Below are positions 1 to 9,811 of a stretch of DNA of 64,000 nt, piece after piece; position 1 is the stretch's first letter; each line of letters opens with the position of its first letter. The notes beneath the pieces are model-generated. The model searched no databases and was not told the origin of the DNA. It worked only from the letters and a program-made list of their open reading frames with translations. Both the position numbers and the translations under genes were made by a program. Source of the DNA: Cenarchaeum sp. GTDB taxonomy: Archaea > Thermoproteota > Nitrososphaeria > Nitrososphaerales > Nitrosopumilaceae. The DNA is taken from the NCBI GenBank assembly GCA_965242695.1, contig CBDESU010000002.1:864001-928000 (forward strand), written 5' to 3'.

Positions 1-977
1 TGATCAGCGCGTCGATGACGGCCGCGTGCGCGGGGCCGCCGTCCTTGACGGGCGAGGCCAACGCCCCCTAGTCAAACCCTGCCGGTATAACCCTTGCGGC
101 GGACAAAGGCCGGCGCGGGGTCGGGGCAATCCGGCTTGCGTTTTCCTCCTGTAGGCGCGCCCCTTCCCGCCGCCCGCCCTCCGCCGGGAACCGGCGGGGG
201 CGGGGCGCCGGACGCCGGGGATCGGCCCAAGAGGCCGGCGGCATACGTTGATAGGCGCCCCCCGCTCCCCCAAGCCGATGGACAGGGAAGAGTACGACCG
301 GCAGGAGGACGAGGAGCCGTTTGATGCGGTGCGCAGGATGGCGGTTCCGCCCCCCGCCGGCGCCGAACTGGACCGCCTGATCCTGGAGACCAAGGTGCAG
401 GCGCTGGCGCGCGTTGCAAAGGAATACGCAAGCAATCTTGGCGGCGGTCATGGCGAGTTCCTGAGAGCCGTAAAGTGCGACGTTCCGGATATGCCGTCTC
501 GTACTGCAAGCATCGGTATGGCGGCAGCGTAAGCTCGCTCCTGAAGTGGCACTCTGCCTGGCCCTCCACGTTGCGGAGCGGGGGGAGTGGCTCGGCAGGG
601 CCATACAGCTCATGCTCGAGAGCGCCGACAGCGCCGGCGACGAGCGCAGGGCGTCGTCGTACCTCGTGATTGCGCACAACCTGAACCGGTGGCACGGCTG
701 CCGGATGGACGATGCGGTAGCCGGCTCCGCCATGTGGCTTGCAAGAGGGCGCAAGGACAGCCGGTTTGCCCACATCTATGCACGCGTTGCAGCATGCGCC
801 GAAAAAAACCCCAAGACGAGGGACGAGCTGCGGGATGCGATGATCCGCCGCGCGGCCCGCTCCGATCTCCCTGACGCGCGGCGTTTTCTCGAGGCGGCAA
901 TTCAGGCGGCCGCGGACAGGGGACCTGCCAGGCTTGCATACATGTACACATGAAAAACCCCGGGGCGGGGGCGGGGC

Positions 978-1096
978 TGTGGACCGACCCCTTCAACCGC
1001 GTGGGCATTGTTCCCTTTTGCATGAATGGGGCGAATCGAGCTGCTGTGTAGCTGGGCATTGTTCCCTGATAGGTGCTTGCAGCCTCCGGTCCAACA
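978..1096. ncRNA. Predicted bridge RNA of the IS110 element (target loop + donor loop)
   Basis: Two hairpins share TGGGCATTGTTCCCT (1002-1016, 1053-1067), flanked by sequences matching the target (CAACCGC/TGCATG) and the donor junction (TGTGTA/ATAGGTG). Closing stem GGACCG/CGGTCC. Transcribed strand not established. Confidence 0.65.
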
Positions 1097-1137
1097 CCGC
1101 CCACCAGGGCATCATCCGCAAGGAGGTGAATTGAAGG

Positions 1138-2241
1138 ATGGTATATATTGGAATCGACATATCAAAGCGTAAGTGTGACGTGTGTACAGTCGACGCAAAG
1201 GGCAAGGTGCTCGAGAGGGGCCAGTACTCCAACACGCCGGAAGGCGCCAAGAAGTTCGCGGCCTCGCTCAAGCGCAAGTATGGACGTCGGCGCCCCGTCG
1301 CCGCGTGCGAGACGACCGCCAACATGTGGCAGGTCTCGTACGCCGCGTTCGAGGATGCTGGCATCGACATAAAGCTTGCCGACACGTACAAGATGGTGCT
1401 CATATCGCGGACCGCGAAGAAGACCGACAAGGTCGACGCCGAAAAGATAGCGCAGGTGCTGCGCATGGGGATGCTCCCCGAGTGCCACGTGCCCGATGCG
1501 GGCACAAGGGCACAGCGCCAGCTCATCCGGCGAAGGGTTTCGCTGGGCCAGGACAGGACACGCGCGACCAACCGGCTGCGCGCGCTCCTCGACATGCACG
1601 GCAGAACGGTCGACGCCTCGCGCCTGTACCTGAAGAAGGCCATGGCGCAGCTGAGCGGCATGATACTCGGCAACGGCGAGGACAGCGTGGACACGGCCGT
1701 GCTGCGGTCGCATGTGAAGCAGATCGCCTCGCTCAACGACGGCATCGAGGATGTGGAGCGAAGGATCGACGTAGAGGCGGCGGCCGACGAGGACGCCGAG
1801 CTGCTCATGAGCATCACTGGATTCGACGCATACTCTGCCATAGCTCTATCGGCGGAGATCGACGACATTTCCCGCTTCGAGACTCCCAAGCAGTTCATCT
1901 CGTGGGCCGGCCTGTGCCCGATAGTTCGGCAGTCCGGCGACGAGGTGCACCACGGCGGGGTCAAGAAGATCGGCAGGAACCGCACCGTAAACTGGCTCCT
2001 CACCGAGGCGGCCAACACCGCGGTGCAGCACGATCCCCGCATGAAGGACGTGTACAAGAAAGCGAGGGCGAGGCATGCCGACAAGCATGCCCCCGCCATA
2101 GTCGTCGTCGCCAACAAGATGGCGACTATCGCGTTCTATGTGCTAGTGAGCCGCAAGCCGTACACGCACAGCAACACGCCGAGGTACGATCGCAAGCTCA
2201 AGAGGTTGCGCAGTCGAGCCAAGAAGAACGACGATGCGTAG
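1138..2241 (+). CDS. IS110 family DEDD recombinase/transposase
   Basis: MVYIGIDISK, ACETT, KTDKVDA and GLCPIVRQSG (catalytic Ser) motifs; SD AGGAGGTGA at 1121. Confidence 0.95.
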   Translation: MVYIGIDISKRKCDVCTVDAKGKVLERGQYSNTPEGAKKFAASLKRKYGRRRPVAACETTANMWQVSYAAFEDAGIDIKLADTYKMVLISRTAKKTDKVDAEKIAQVLRMGMLPECHVPDAGTRAQRQLIRRRVSLGQDRTRATNRLRALLDMHGRTVDASRLYLKKAMAQLSGMILGNGEDSVDTAVLRSHVKQIASLNDGIEDVERRIDVEAAADEDAELLMSITGFDAYSAIALSAEIDDISRFETPKQFISWAGLCPIVRQSGDEVHHGGVKKIGRNRTVNWLLTEAANTAVQHDPRMKDVYKKARARHADKHAPAIVVVANKMATIAFYVLVSRKPYTHSNTPRYDRKLKRLRSRAKKNDDA

Positions 2242-3354
2242 TGGAGGAGGATGTTTGCCGCCGCCGCTAACGCGGCGGCGTGACCCTCCGCGAAGCCGTT
2301 GGAAGCGCAGGGTGGGGGAGCCTGCGTACGCGGGCGCGCTAGACATATAGCAACCCACGCCTGCGGCGCGGCTGGACCGGATGTCTTCTCCCAACTTCGC
2401 CCCGCCCCCGCCCCGGTTTTTTCATAGGTGCGGCTGTGCGAGCGGCGCGCCGACGGCGAGCGGCGCGCGCCGCAGAGGGCGCACGGCTACAACGAGGCGC
2501 TGCGCCACGCCGACGGGCGCGGGGACCGCGAGAGGCTGGCCGGCAAGGTGGTAGAGGCCGCGCGGCTGGCCGAGTTTGCCGATTACGCGGATGCCTGCGA
2601 GGAGCCTGCGCTGGAAATACCGGGCCAAACCGGCCCCGAGCGGGCCAGGGGCCTTGCCGCCGCGCTGTCCTGCATTGTGCTGCCCGCTCGGATGATCCGG
2701 CGGGACGGCGGCGGGGATGCCGCCGGCGCCGGCGGCCGCGCCGAAGTGGCCGGGCGCTGGGCCCATTCTCTGGCCGCGTACGTCTCCGCAGTCGCGCGCG
2801 CCTGCGAGGACGGCGGGCGGATCTCGGCGGACGACCACGTGAGCTGCATAATGTCCTCCGGGCTTGGCATCGGCCGTGCAGAGGAGGCCCTGATCAGGGC
2901 GGGGATTGAGAGGCACTACGACGGGGACTATGCGTCTTCGATCCACATACTGATGCCGCAGGTAGAGTCGACGCTCAGGGCAGTGCTCGGGCAAAAGGGC
3001 GCCGATGCTGCCGGCGGGGACGGGCCGCCTGCTCGGACTGGCGCGCTACGCTCCATGATCGAGGGGGGCGAGGGCATCCTGGGGGGCGACCTTGCCGCGT
3101 TTCTCCATGTGTGGCTTGCGGGTGCGGACTCTGCCAACCTGCGCGACAGGGTCTGCCACTGCCTGTACGGGGACGGCGGGGAGGCAGGGGAGGAATGCGC
3201 GCTGCCGCGCGAACTCAACCACGGCAACTCCCTGGCCCTGATACTTGCCATCGAGCTGCTCTCTGGCGCATGCTCGAAAGACCGTCCCGCCCGACGGGGG
3301 CCGGCGACGCGGTGAGCCGGCGCCCTCGGAGCGCCTGACAAGCGGCGCCCTGCC

Positions 3355-3757
3355 TCAGTCCCTGTCCCGCTTGAGGGTCCTCTTGGCGGCCTTTGAGAAC
3401 TCGGCCAGGATGTCGTCGAGCTCCTTTAGCGACTCGATGGTGCACCCGTCGGCGCGGTCGGCCAGTATCTTCATGTCGATCTCGACCGATCTTATGTGCT
3501 CCGACAGCACGTTCCTTACGTCGTCGGGCCTCCTCAGGTATTTTGCCGCCGGCAGGTACGTCGTGTCGAACCTGTGGCTTATGACGCGTATGTGGCCGTC
3601 CTTTGAGAGGCTGCGTATGGCGCCGGTGACGGCGGCCTTGGTGGGCCGCTTGCCCTGCACGGTGATCTTGCCAAAGGGGTCGCGCCTCGAGCCGCCCTTT
3701 TTCACGCCGCCCTCGCTCTTGATCAGCGCGAACACGGCCTTTTCGAGATCGTTCAAC
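3355..3757 (-). CDS. Hypothetical protein, possible winged-helix (start uncertain)
   Basis: 3' part of ORF 3355..4242 reads as protein (LNDLEKAVFALIKSEGG...AIRSLSKDGHIRV). The 5' part overlaps the gene on the opposite strand. Confidence 0.5.
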
Positions 3758-3921
3758 GCGGGCCGGACGCCGCCGACCCCTATGAACCGTTGCGCCGCCC
3801 CGGCCGCGGCGCGGCGGTCTCCGATGCAAGCACGGCGGGCAGGTCTTATATGCCAAGAAGGGGCCACGCCGGTAATGACAGCGAGTGGCGTCAGAATGCC
3901 CTCGCGGCTTTTTTGCAGGCC

Positions 3922-4755
3922 ATGAACCTCGCGGCATTTGCCCTCGCGGCGACCCTCCCCGCGCTGGTCCTGATCCCGCTCAACTTCGACTCCATCCACG
4001 GGTACTATGCGTACAGCATACCGGTTGCGGGCGCCACCGTAGACATATACAGCATCGTCTACGATACGGTGGACGACGACGGGTACTACATAGAACCGCA
4101 GTACCATTTCAACCGCACGCGTGTGACCGAGCACGTGGGAACCATCATGGGCCTCCCCTTTATGATCGCAAGCGTAGAGCCCGTGGGCAACGGGACGATC
4201 AGGGTGGATTTTGCAGACAAGAACTACACGATATACAGCCACGACGGATCAACGTACAGGGTGGCGCCCCCGTTCTCGCACAGCGAGGTGATCGGGGTCA
4301 ACCAGACCTTTGTCGCGCTGTGCTCAAACTACAGGTCTGAACGGTACAACGACCACAGCTCGACGGGGCTCGTGATCTACCAGTACAGGGGGATCGAAAC
4401 GCACACGATCACAGAGGTGGAGCAGTTCGTGCCCGCCACGGAATACGGCAAGGACGGCGCGACAACCATGCGGCTACGTGGTGACAGCGCGCACGCAGTA
4501 CGCACCATAGAGCTGTCGTCGCCCAAGGAAGTGCAGGTATACAAGTTTTTGTCAATGTCTTCGTACACGGACGGCAAGATGCGATGCGACTATCCGCAGG
4601 TGATCGAGCACACGGTCGACTCGATGCGTGTTGACACTGCCAACCTCAGGGCCGCCCTGCAGGAATGGACAGAGAAGAGATCCGCCTATTTTGGGTGGAA
4701 GGATCCTGCTAGATCCAAGGCCTTTTACGATGTGCTGTACGAGTGGTTCAGGTAA
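3922..4755 (+). CDS. Hypothetical secreted/membrane-anchored protein
   Basis: Hydrophobic N-terminus MNLAAFALAATLPALVLIPL followed by a polar beta-rich body. Confidence 0.7.
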   Translation: MNLAAFALAATLPALVLIPLNFDSIHGYYAYSIPVAGATVDIYSIVYDTVDDDGYYIEPQYHFNRTRVTEHVGTIMGLPFMIASVEPVGNGTIRVDFADKNYTIYSHDGSTYRVAPPFSHSEVIGVNQTFVALCSNYRSERYNDHSSTGLVIYQYRGIETHTITEVEQFVPATEYGKDGATTMRLRGDSAHAVRTIELSSPKEVQVYKFLSMSSYTDGKMRCDYPQVIEHTVDSMRVDTANLRAALQEWTEKRSAYFGWKDPARSKAFYDVLYEWFR

Positions 4756-5626
4756 CGGATGCCGGCGCCCGCGGCGCGGCCGCCCCGCCGCGGCCGCGAG
4801 GTGCAACGGCAGCCAGCGCGAGCACCTCCCACGGAAACGTGATGCGCCCGCTCCTTGCCGTGTAGGGGGCGGTGTTGGACCTGACATCGTCCCAGAACTT
4901 TTTGCGGTCCGCCCTCGGCAGGGCCATCAGCCTCTTGCGCTGCGCGGCCGCGACGTACCTGAGGTGGCCCCTCTTGTAGTCCTCGAACGTGCCGGGGCTG
5001 TGGCGGAACAGCATCGTCTCCTCCCGAACGACCTCGAATCCGGCCCGCTCGGCCTCGGCCCGCAGGGCCCCCATTGTGCCGAACCTGCCCAGGTCGGGCG
5101 CCCCGGGCGGGTCGAACCCGGGAATGCGGCGGCGCGCCGCCTCTAGTATGCTCGTGAAGAACGGCGCGTTGTCGCCGTGTACCGCCACCGCGAGCGTGCC
5201 GCCCTCCCTGAGCATGCGGCGGGCGCTGCGCAGGGCCGCAACCGAGTCGGGAAAGTAGAACAGCGCGTACTGGCATATGGCCGCATCGAATGTACGGGCG
5301 AACCGGACCGTCTCGGCGTCGGCAAGGCAAAAGTGGGCGTTCGGCAGGCCTGCGAAACGGCGCGCGATGCGCAAAGCAGACGCCGACATGTCGAACCCGA
5401 CGACGCTGCCTGTCCGCCCGGCCGCCCTGGCGGCCCTCCGGGTTACGGCGCCGGTCCCGCAGGCCATGTCTAGTACATGGTCGCCCCTCTTGATCCCAGC
5501 CATTTTGACGAGGCGGGCGGTCGCCGCGAACGGGCCCGCGCCCACTCCTGCCCACCTCTTGTGGTAGCGGGGGGCCACCTCGTCCCATGCGGCGGCCGTG
5601 CGCAGCTTGTAGTCCGTGCCGCTCAT
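4748..5626 (-). CDS. Class I SAM-dependent methyltransferase (UbiE-like)
   Basis: VLDMACGTG motif I, VGFDMS, FDAAICQY. Confidence 0.9.
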   Translation of the reverse strand: MSGTDYKLRTAAAWDEVAPRYHKRWAGVGAGPFAATARLVKMAGIKRGDHVLDMACGTGAVTRRAARAAGRTGSVVGFDMSASALRIARRFAGLPNAHFCLADAETVRFARTFDAAICQYALFYFPDSVAALRSARRMLREGGTLAVAVHGDNAPFFTSILEAARRRIPGFDPPGAPDLGRFGTMGALRAEAERAGFEVVREETMLFRHSPGTFEDYKRGHLRYVAAAQRKRLMALPRADRKKFWDDVRSNTAPYTARSGRITFPWEVLALAAVAPRGRGGAAAPRAPASVT

Positions 5627-5673
5627 TGCCTTTGTTACGGCCGCCAAGCGCGGAGCGGCTCCTCCCGCGTGCT

Positions 5674-7089
5674 TTATCCGTGCCGCCCCTTCGCGCTCCC
5701 TTTCCAGCGCCGTTCCCCGCCCGCCTCTTCTAGGCGCGCCTCGATCTCGGCGCGTATGGCCGCCGCAATCTCGGCCTTGGGCACCCATCCCGTCCGCCTT
5801 GGCCTCCTTCCGGCAGCCAGGATCGCCACGCTGCTGCGGCCCGGGTCCCTCGCATGCCTCTTCGTTCCGACCAGGTTGGCGACCATCATGTCGGCGCCAG
5901 CCTTTCGCATCCTGGCAAGCGCCCTCCGCTCCAGCTCTTCCTGCGCGACGCCGGCCTCGGCCTTGAACCCGACGAGGAGCGCGCCGGGCTGAGCTGCCCT
6001 GACGGAGTCGATGATCTTCGGGGCCCTGACGAGGCGTATCGTCAGGCTTTTCGCCGAGCTCTTGATCTTTGAGGCTCGAGGCGACCGGACGGTATAGTCC
6101 GCCGCCGCCGCGGCCATTACCACTATGTCGAATTTCTTTTTGCGCATCTCTCTGCGGACGGCCGCGTCCATCTCTAGCACGGTCGTAACGGGGATTATCC
6201 TTGCGCCGGCAGGCGGCCGCTCCCTTCCGGGGCCGTACACTACGGTGACGTCGCAGCCGGCGGACACGAGCTCGCGCGCGAGCAGCATTCCGGTCGTGCC
6301 GGTGCTTGCGCTCGTGATCGACCGGACGGGGTCGAGCGGCTCGGACGTCGGGCCTGCCGTCAAGAGGGCGCGCCTGCCGCGCAGCGCACCGGATCCGCCG
6401 AGCCGCCCGGCGACAGCGCGCAGCATCTCCTCGGGCTCGGCCGCCCGAGCCTTGCCCTCCTCGAACGCGGGCGCGACGAACTCGACCCCCCTTTTTTCCA
6501 GGAACGCGACGTTTCGGCCTACGGCCGCGTTGCGGTACATCGACTCGTGCATGGCGGGCCCCACCACGATGGGGATGCCGGCGCCGAGCCCGACGGTCAG
6601 TACGGTGGGGACGGGCGCATCGTCGATGCCGTTTGCGAGCTTGCCGATTGTATTGGCCGTGGCGGGGTACGCGACTATCATGTCCGACCCGCCGCGGTCG
6701 GCAAGGCGTATGTGCTCGAGCTCGCCCGTGAGTTTTGTGACGGCGGCCCTGCCGGTGGCCCACCTAAAGTAGTCGGGCCGCACCAGCCTCGTGGCCGCCG
6801 CGCTTGCCACGCATGTGACGTCGGCGCCGTGCCGCATGAGCAGCCTTGCAAGCTCGATGGCCTTGTACGCAGCCACGCTGCCCGCAACGCACAGGACGAT
6901 TTTCCTGCCGGACAGCTCGGTCCCGCGCGACTCCACAATGTCGAGGGACGGGTGGGGATCCTTGCCGCCCCCGCCCGCGCCGCCGCCTGCCCCCGCCCGC
7001 GCCGCCCTCTTTTTTCCGCTCGGGGCGGGGCGCCGGCTAGTCCCGCGGGCCGACCCGCCGCCGTGCCCCCCGGCCTTTGCCACCGCCAT
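5674..7089 (-). CDS. coaBC: Bifunctional phosphopantothenoylcysteine decarboxylase/ligase
   Basis: VAGSVAAYK, PATANTIGK, PAMHESMY, TAGPTSEPLDPVR, VGFKAE. Confidence 0.95.
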   Translation of the reverse strand: MAVAKAGGHGGGSARGTSRRPAPSGKKRAARAGAGGGAGGGGKDPHPSLDIVESRGTELSGRKIVLCVAGSVAAYKAIELARLLMRHGADVTCVASAAATRLVRPDYFRWATGRAAVTKLTGELEHIRLADRGGSDMIVAYPATANTIGKLANGIDDAPVPTVLTVGLGAGIPIVVGPAMHESMYRNAAVGRNVAFLEKRGVEFVAPAFEEGKARAAEPEEMLRAVAGRLGGSGALRGRRALLTAGPTSEPLDPVRSITSASTGTTGMLLARELVSAGCDVTVVYGPGRERPPAGARIIPVTTVLEMDAAVRREMRKKKFDIVVMAAAAADYTVRSPRASKIKSSAKSLTIRLVRAPKIIDSVRAAQPGALLVGFKAEAGVAQEELERRALARMRKAGADMMVANLVGTKRHARDPGRSSVAILAAGRRPRRTGWVPKAEIAAAIRAEIEARLEEAGGERRWKGSAKGRHG

Positions 7090-7098
7090 CCCTCCAGC

Positions 7099-7974
7099 CT
7101 ATTCCCGCGCGAGGGCCGCCCCGCCCCCCTTTGCGGCCACCAGCCTCCCCGCCTCGCCCCCGTCCATACCGAACGAGTGCCCCTCGGCCGGAAACGACCC
7201 GCCCTTTACCTCGGCCGCGTAGGCCGCGACGGCGCCAGAGACGGACGGCGCCAGGTCGGCGTACCTCTTTGCAAACCTCGGGCTGATCCTGTCGTAGATG
7301 CCGAGCAGGTCGTGGACGACGAGGACCTGCCCGTCGCATCCGGCGCCCGAGCCTATCCCTATCGTCGGCACGCCGACCGCGTCCGTGACCGCGCCGGCCG
7401 CCTCGCGGGCGACCATCTCTAGTACGATGGAGAACGCGCCGGCCTCTTCCAGGCTGCGCGCGTCGTCCGCCAGGGATCCGGCCGCCTCGGCCGTGCGCCC
7501 CTGCACCCGGTACCCCCCTGACAGCGAGCTCGTCTGCGGCTGCAGGCCGATGTGGCCCATTGCGGGGATGCCGGCATTTACAATGGCGCGCAGCACGGGG
7601 GCCATGGCCCGCCCGCCCTCGATCTTTACGGCGTCGGCGCCGGCCCTGACGAGCCTGCCGGCGTTGCGGACGGCCGTCTCGGGCCCCGGCTGGTACGACA
7701 TGAACGGCATGTCGGCTACGACAAGGGCGCTCCTCCTTGCGCGCGCCACCGCCGACGTGAACATGCACATCTGTCCCACCGTAATGCCGGTCGTGCCGTC
7801 CTGGCCGAGGACGACCATGGCCGCGCTGTCGCCGACTAGCAGGACGTCGATGCCCTTTTCTCCGTCCTTCTTTTCCGCATCGCACAGCGACGCGAGGGCG
7901 TAGTCGTATGCGGTGACGGCGGCGATCCTCTCCGTACCCTTCATGGCCCGGATGTCGCCGGCGGTCTTGTGCAC
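7099..7974 (-). CDS. panB: 3-methyl-2-oxobutanoate hydroxymethyltransferase
   Basis: TAYDY, LVGDS, ADMPFMSY, VKIEGG, GHIGLQPQ, IGIGSG-DGQVLV; GTG start overlaps the upstream stop. Confidence 0.95.
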   Translation of the reverse strand: MHKTAGDIRAMKGTERIAAVTAYDYALASLCDAEKKDGEKGIDVLLVGDSAAMVVLGQDGTTGITVGQMCMFTSAVARARRSALVVADMPFMSYQPGPETAVRNAGRLVRAGADAVKIEGGRAMAPVLRAIVNAGIPAMGHIGLQPQTSSLSGGYRVQGRTAEAAGSLADDARSLEEAGAFSIVLEMVAREAAGAVTDAVGVPTIGIGSGAGCDGQVLVVHDLLGIYDRISPRFAKRYADLAPSVSGAVAAYAAEVKGGSFPAEGHSFGMDGGEAGRLVAAKGGGAALARE

Positions 7975-8810
7975 TACGGCCGCACCCCCGCATCCCTTTC
8001 GGGCCCGCCCTTGTACTCGCCCCCGAGCACGTCGCGCATGCGCCGCATGCTGCCGGCCAGGCACCGCGCGCCGTCAAACTCGGCGAGCGTCCTGCCGAGG
8101 GCGGCCGCCGGCAGGCGCGACATCCGCCTGCACTCGGCGGCGAGCAGGGGGGCGGCCCTTGTCAGGTTGTCGACTATGGCGATGTCGGCCGCCCGCGCCG
8201 TACGCGAGAGCGGGTTGAGGTCGACGGCTATGACGGTCTTGCCGGCGGCCCGGAGCGCCTCGGTCCTGTCGCCGTCCTCTAGGGCGACCAGGACCGTATC
8301 GGCGCGCCAGATGCCGTCCCTGTCGACGATCCGCCGCGCCGAGTCCAGGCCGTGCAGGCGGACCGCAGCACCGGGGTCGGTCCCGAGCACGCGCGCGGCC
8401 CCCGCGCGCTCGAGCTCGGCTGCCACCCGCGCCCTGCGCTCGAACGCGCCGTAGAACAGGTTGACCTCTAGGGCGGCGCCTGCCGCCCCTGCAAGCTCGA
8501 CGGCCGCGCCGGCGCACAGGGCCGCCGCGTTGCCGTTGACGGACACGACGGGCCTCTTGGCGAGGAGCAGGGCCGCGGCGGCGGCGCTCGACGCCTCGCG
8601 GGCCCACGGCCCCGTCTCCTCGCCGATCAGATAGTCGAACGCCTCGCCCCTGCCGTGGGCCATCAGCCCCTCCTCGGCGACGACGCCGCCGGCGAGCCCG
8701 GCCACGAGCCTCTCGCGGATTACAAGCGACTCGTACCTCGGGTGCGTGCGCGGAATGCGGGCCGCCGGCGGGGCCATCTCGGCGGATGCGCCGCGCGCCT
8801 CGGCGGCCAT
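7974..8810 (-). CDS. Archaeal 4-phosphopantoate--beta-alanine ligase (PPS)
   Basis: HPRYESL, AHGRGEAFDYLIGE, SVNGN, LEDGDR, DLNPLSRT. Confidence 0.93.
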   Translation of the reverse strand: MAAEARGASAEMAPPAARIPRTHPRYESLVIRERLVAGLAGGVVAEEGLMAHGRGEAFDYLIGEETGPWAREASSAAAAALLLAKRPVVSVNGNAAALCAGAAVELAGAAGAALEVNLFYGAFERRARVAAELERAGAARVLGTDPGAAVRLHGLDSARRIVDRDGIWRADTVLVALEDGDRTEALRAAGKTVIAVDLNPLSRTARAADIAIVDNLTRAAPLLAAECRRMSRLPAAALGRTLAEFDGARCLAGSMRRMRDVLGGEYKGGPERDAGVRP

Positions 8811-8811
8811 G

Positions 8812-9750
8812 TCACTCCTCGACCCTGGCCGGCCCGCCTATCCTGGACCCGATTACGATTCCGCCGTACCTGGAAAGTATCCGCGCCGCCTCTTTTTCCT
8901 CCCTCGACCCAGCCGCGGCCAGCGCAAATACGGTCTCGCCGAACAGCGCAACGCCGCACCGCACGCGCGCGGCCCTCAGGCCGGCCGCGGCCCCGGCCAT
9001 CCTGCGCGTGACGACGCCGATGTGCCGCGCAAACTCCATCGACATGTCCTGGAACATCTCCAGGTCGCCGCCCGGGCCGGCGAGCCTCTCGACCATCGTG
9101 CCGCCGAGCCCGTTGATCCGCGGCAGGCGCTCCGCAATGAACCGCCTTGTCGACACGGGCGAAAAGCATCCGATGACGGCCGCCGTGCCGGCGCAGTCCG
9201 GGTCGCCGCCGGCCCGGGCCACCCTGCCGATGCCCGGCGCGCCGGCCCCGACCCTCACCTCGAACCCGCCGTGGTACGCGGCGAGCACGTCGCCGAGCCC
9301 CGTCCTGCACGAGACCTCGGCCCTGTGGGCTATCCGGCCGGCCTCCTCCCTTGGCAGGCCGCAGCCGAGCGCCTCGTTGAGCGCGAGCGCAAGCGACAGG
9401 GCCGCCGCGCTGCTGCACCCGAGGCCGTACCCGACGGGAACGCCGATCTCGTGGCGAATGTCCGCCGAGATGCCCTCGCCCCCGCACGCGGCCCGCTCAA
9501 ACTCTGCCACGACGGCCCTCGACACGTCGGTGTTGCCGGGCGCGTGGCCCGCGGTCGACACGGCCAGGCGGCCGTTCCGCCCCCTGCCGAGCCGCGCGCC
9601 GGACACGCGCGTCCGAACCCCGTGCACGATGCTGAACCCGGCGCCGAGCGAGCCCGTACGGTCGATCTCCTGCCCGCCTCCGGCCTCGGCCTTGAAGAAG
9701 CCGGTCACATGGGCGGGGCAGAACGCAGCGCCGGCCCCCCGTTGCGCCAT
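8812..9750 (-). CDS. Pantoate kinase (GHMP family)
   Basis: FCPAHVTGFF, GSLGAG, PVGYGLGCS, TGLGDV; context with PPS, panB and coaBC. Confidence 0.92.
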   Translation of the reverse strand: MAQRGAGAAFCPAHVTGFFKAEAGGGQEIDRTGSLGAGFSIVHGVRTRVSGARLGRGRNGRLAVSTAGHAPGNTDVSRAVVAEFERAACGGEGISADIRHEIGVPVGYGLGCSSAAALSLALALNEALGCGLPREEAGRIAHRAEVSCRTGLGDVLAAYHGGFEVRVGAGAPGIGRVARAGGDPDCAGTAAVIGCFSPVSTRRFIAERLPRINGLGGTMVERLAGPGGDLEMFQDMSMEFARHIGVVTRRMAGAAAGLRAARVRCGVALFGETVFALAAAGSREEKEAARILSRYGGIVIGSRIGGPARVEE

Positions 9751-9797
9751 CGCCCGTTTAAACGGGCGGTAAGATATAAGAATACGGATTAAACAGC

Positions 9798-9811
9798 TTA
9801 TACCGGTATAA
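9798..9811. promoter_or_regulatory. Perfect 14-bp palindrome TTATACCGGTATAA in the divergent pok/phoU promoter region
   Basis: Self-complementary and abuts the ATG at 9812 in an AT-rich intergenic gap. Confidence 0.5.

Larger units (their letters stand above)
943..2428 (+). mobile_element. IS110-family (IS1111-like) insertion sequence
   Basis: Sub-terminal inverted repeats 950-976 (ATGAAAAACCCCGGGGCGGGGGCGGGG) and 2400-2425, lying 7 nt and 3 nt inside the ends as described for the IS1111 group. TG core at both junctions; excision restores the host ORF. Confidence 0.9.
278..3315 (+). pseudogene. DUF4209-like HEPN-domain protein, interrupted by an IS110-family element and carrying a frameshift near 472
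   Basis: Pieces 278..~472, 474..942 and 2429..3315. Removing 943..2428 restores the frame (GCA TAC A|TG CGG CTG = AYMRL). The C-terminus has SSIHILMPQVE...NLRDRVCH (R-x4-H HEPN-like motif). Confidence 0.7.

Noticed and set aside
5627-6763. 671-aa methyltransferase fusion
   Set aside because: The upstream part is an Arg-rich shadow frame of coaBC.
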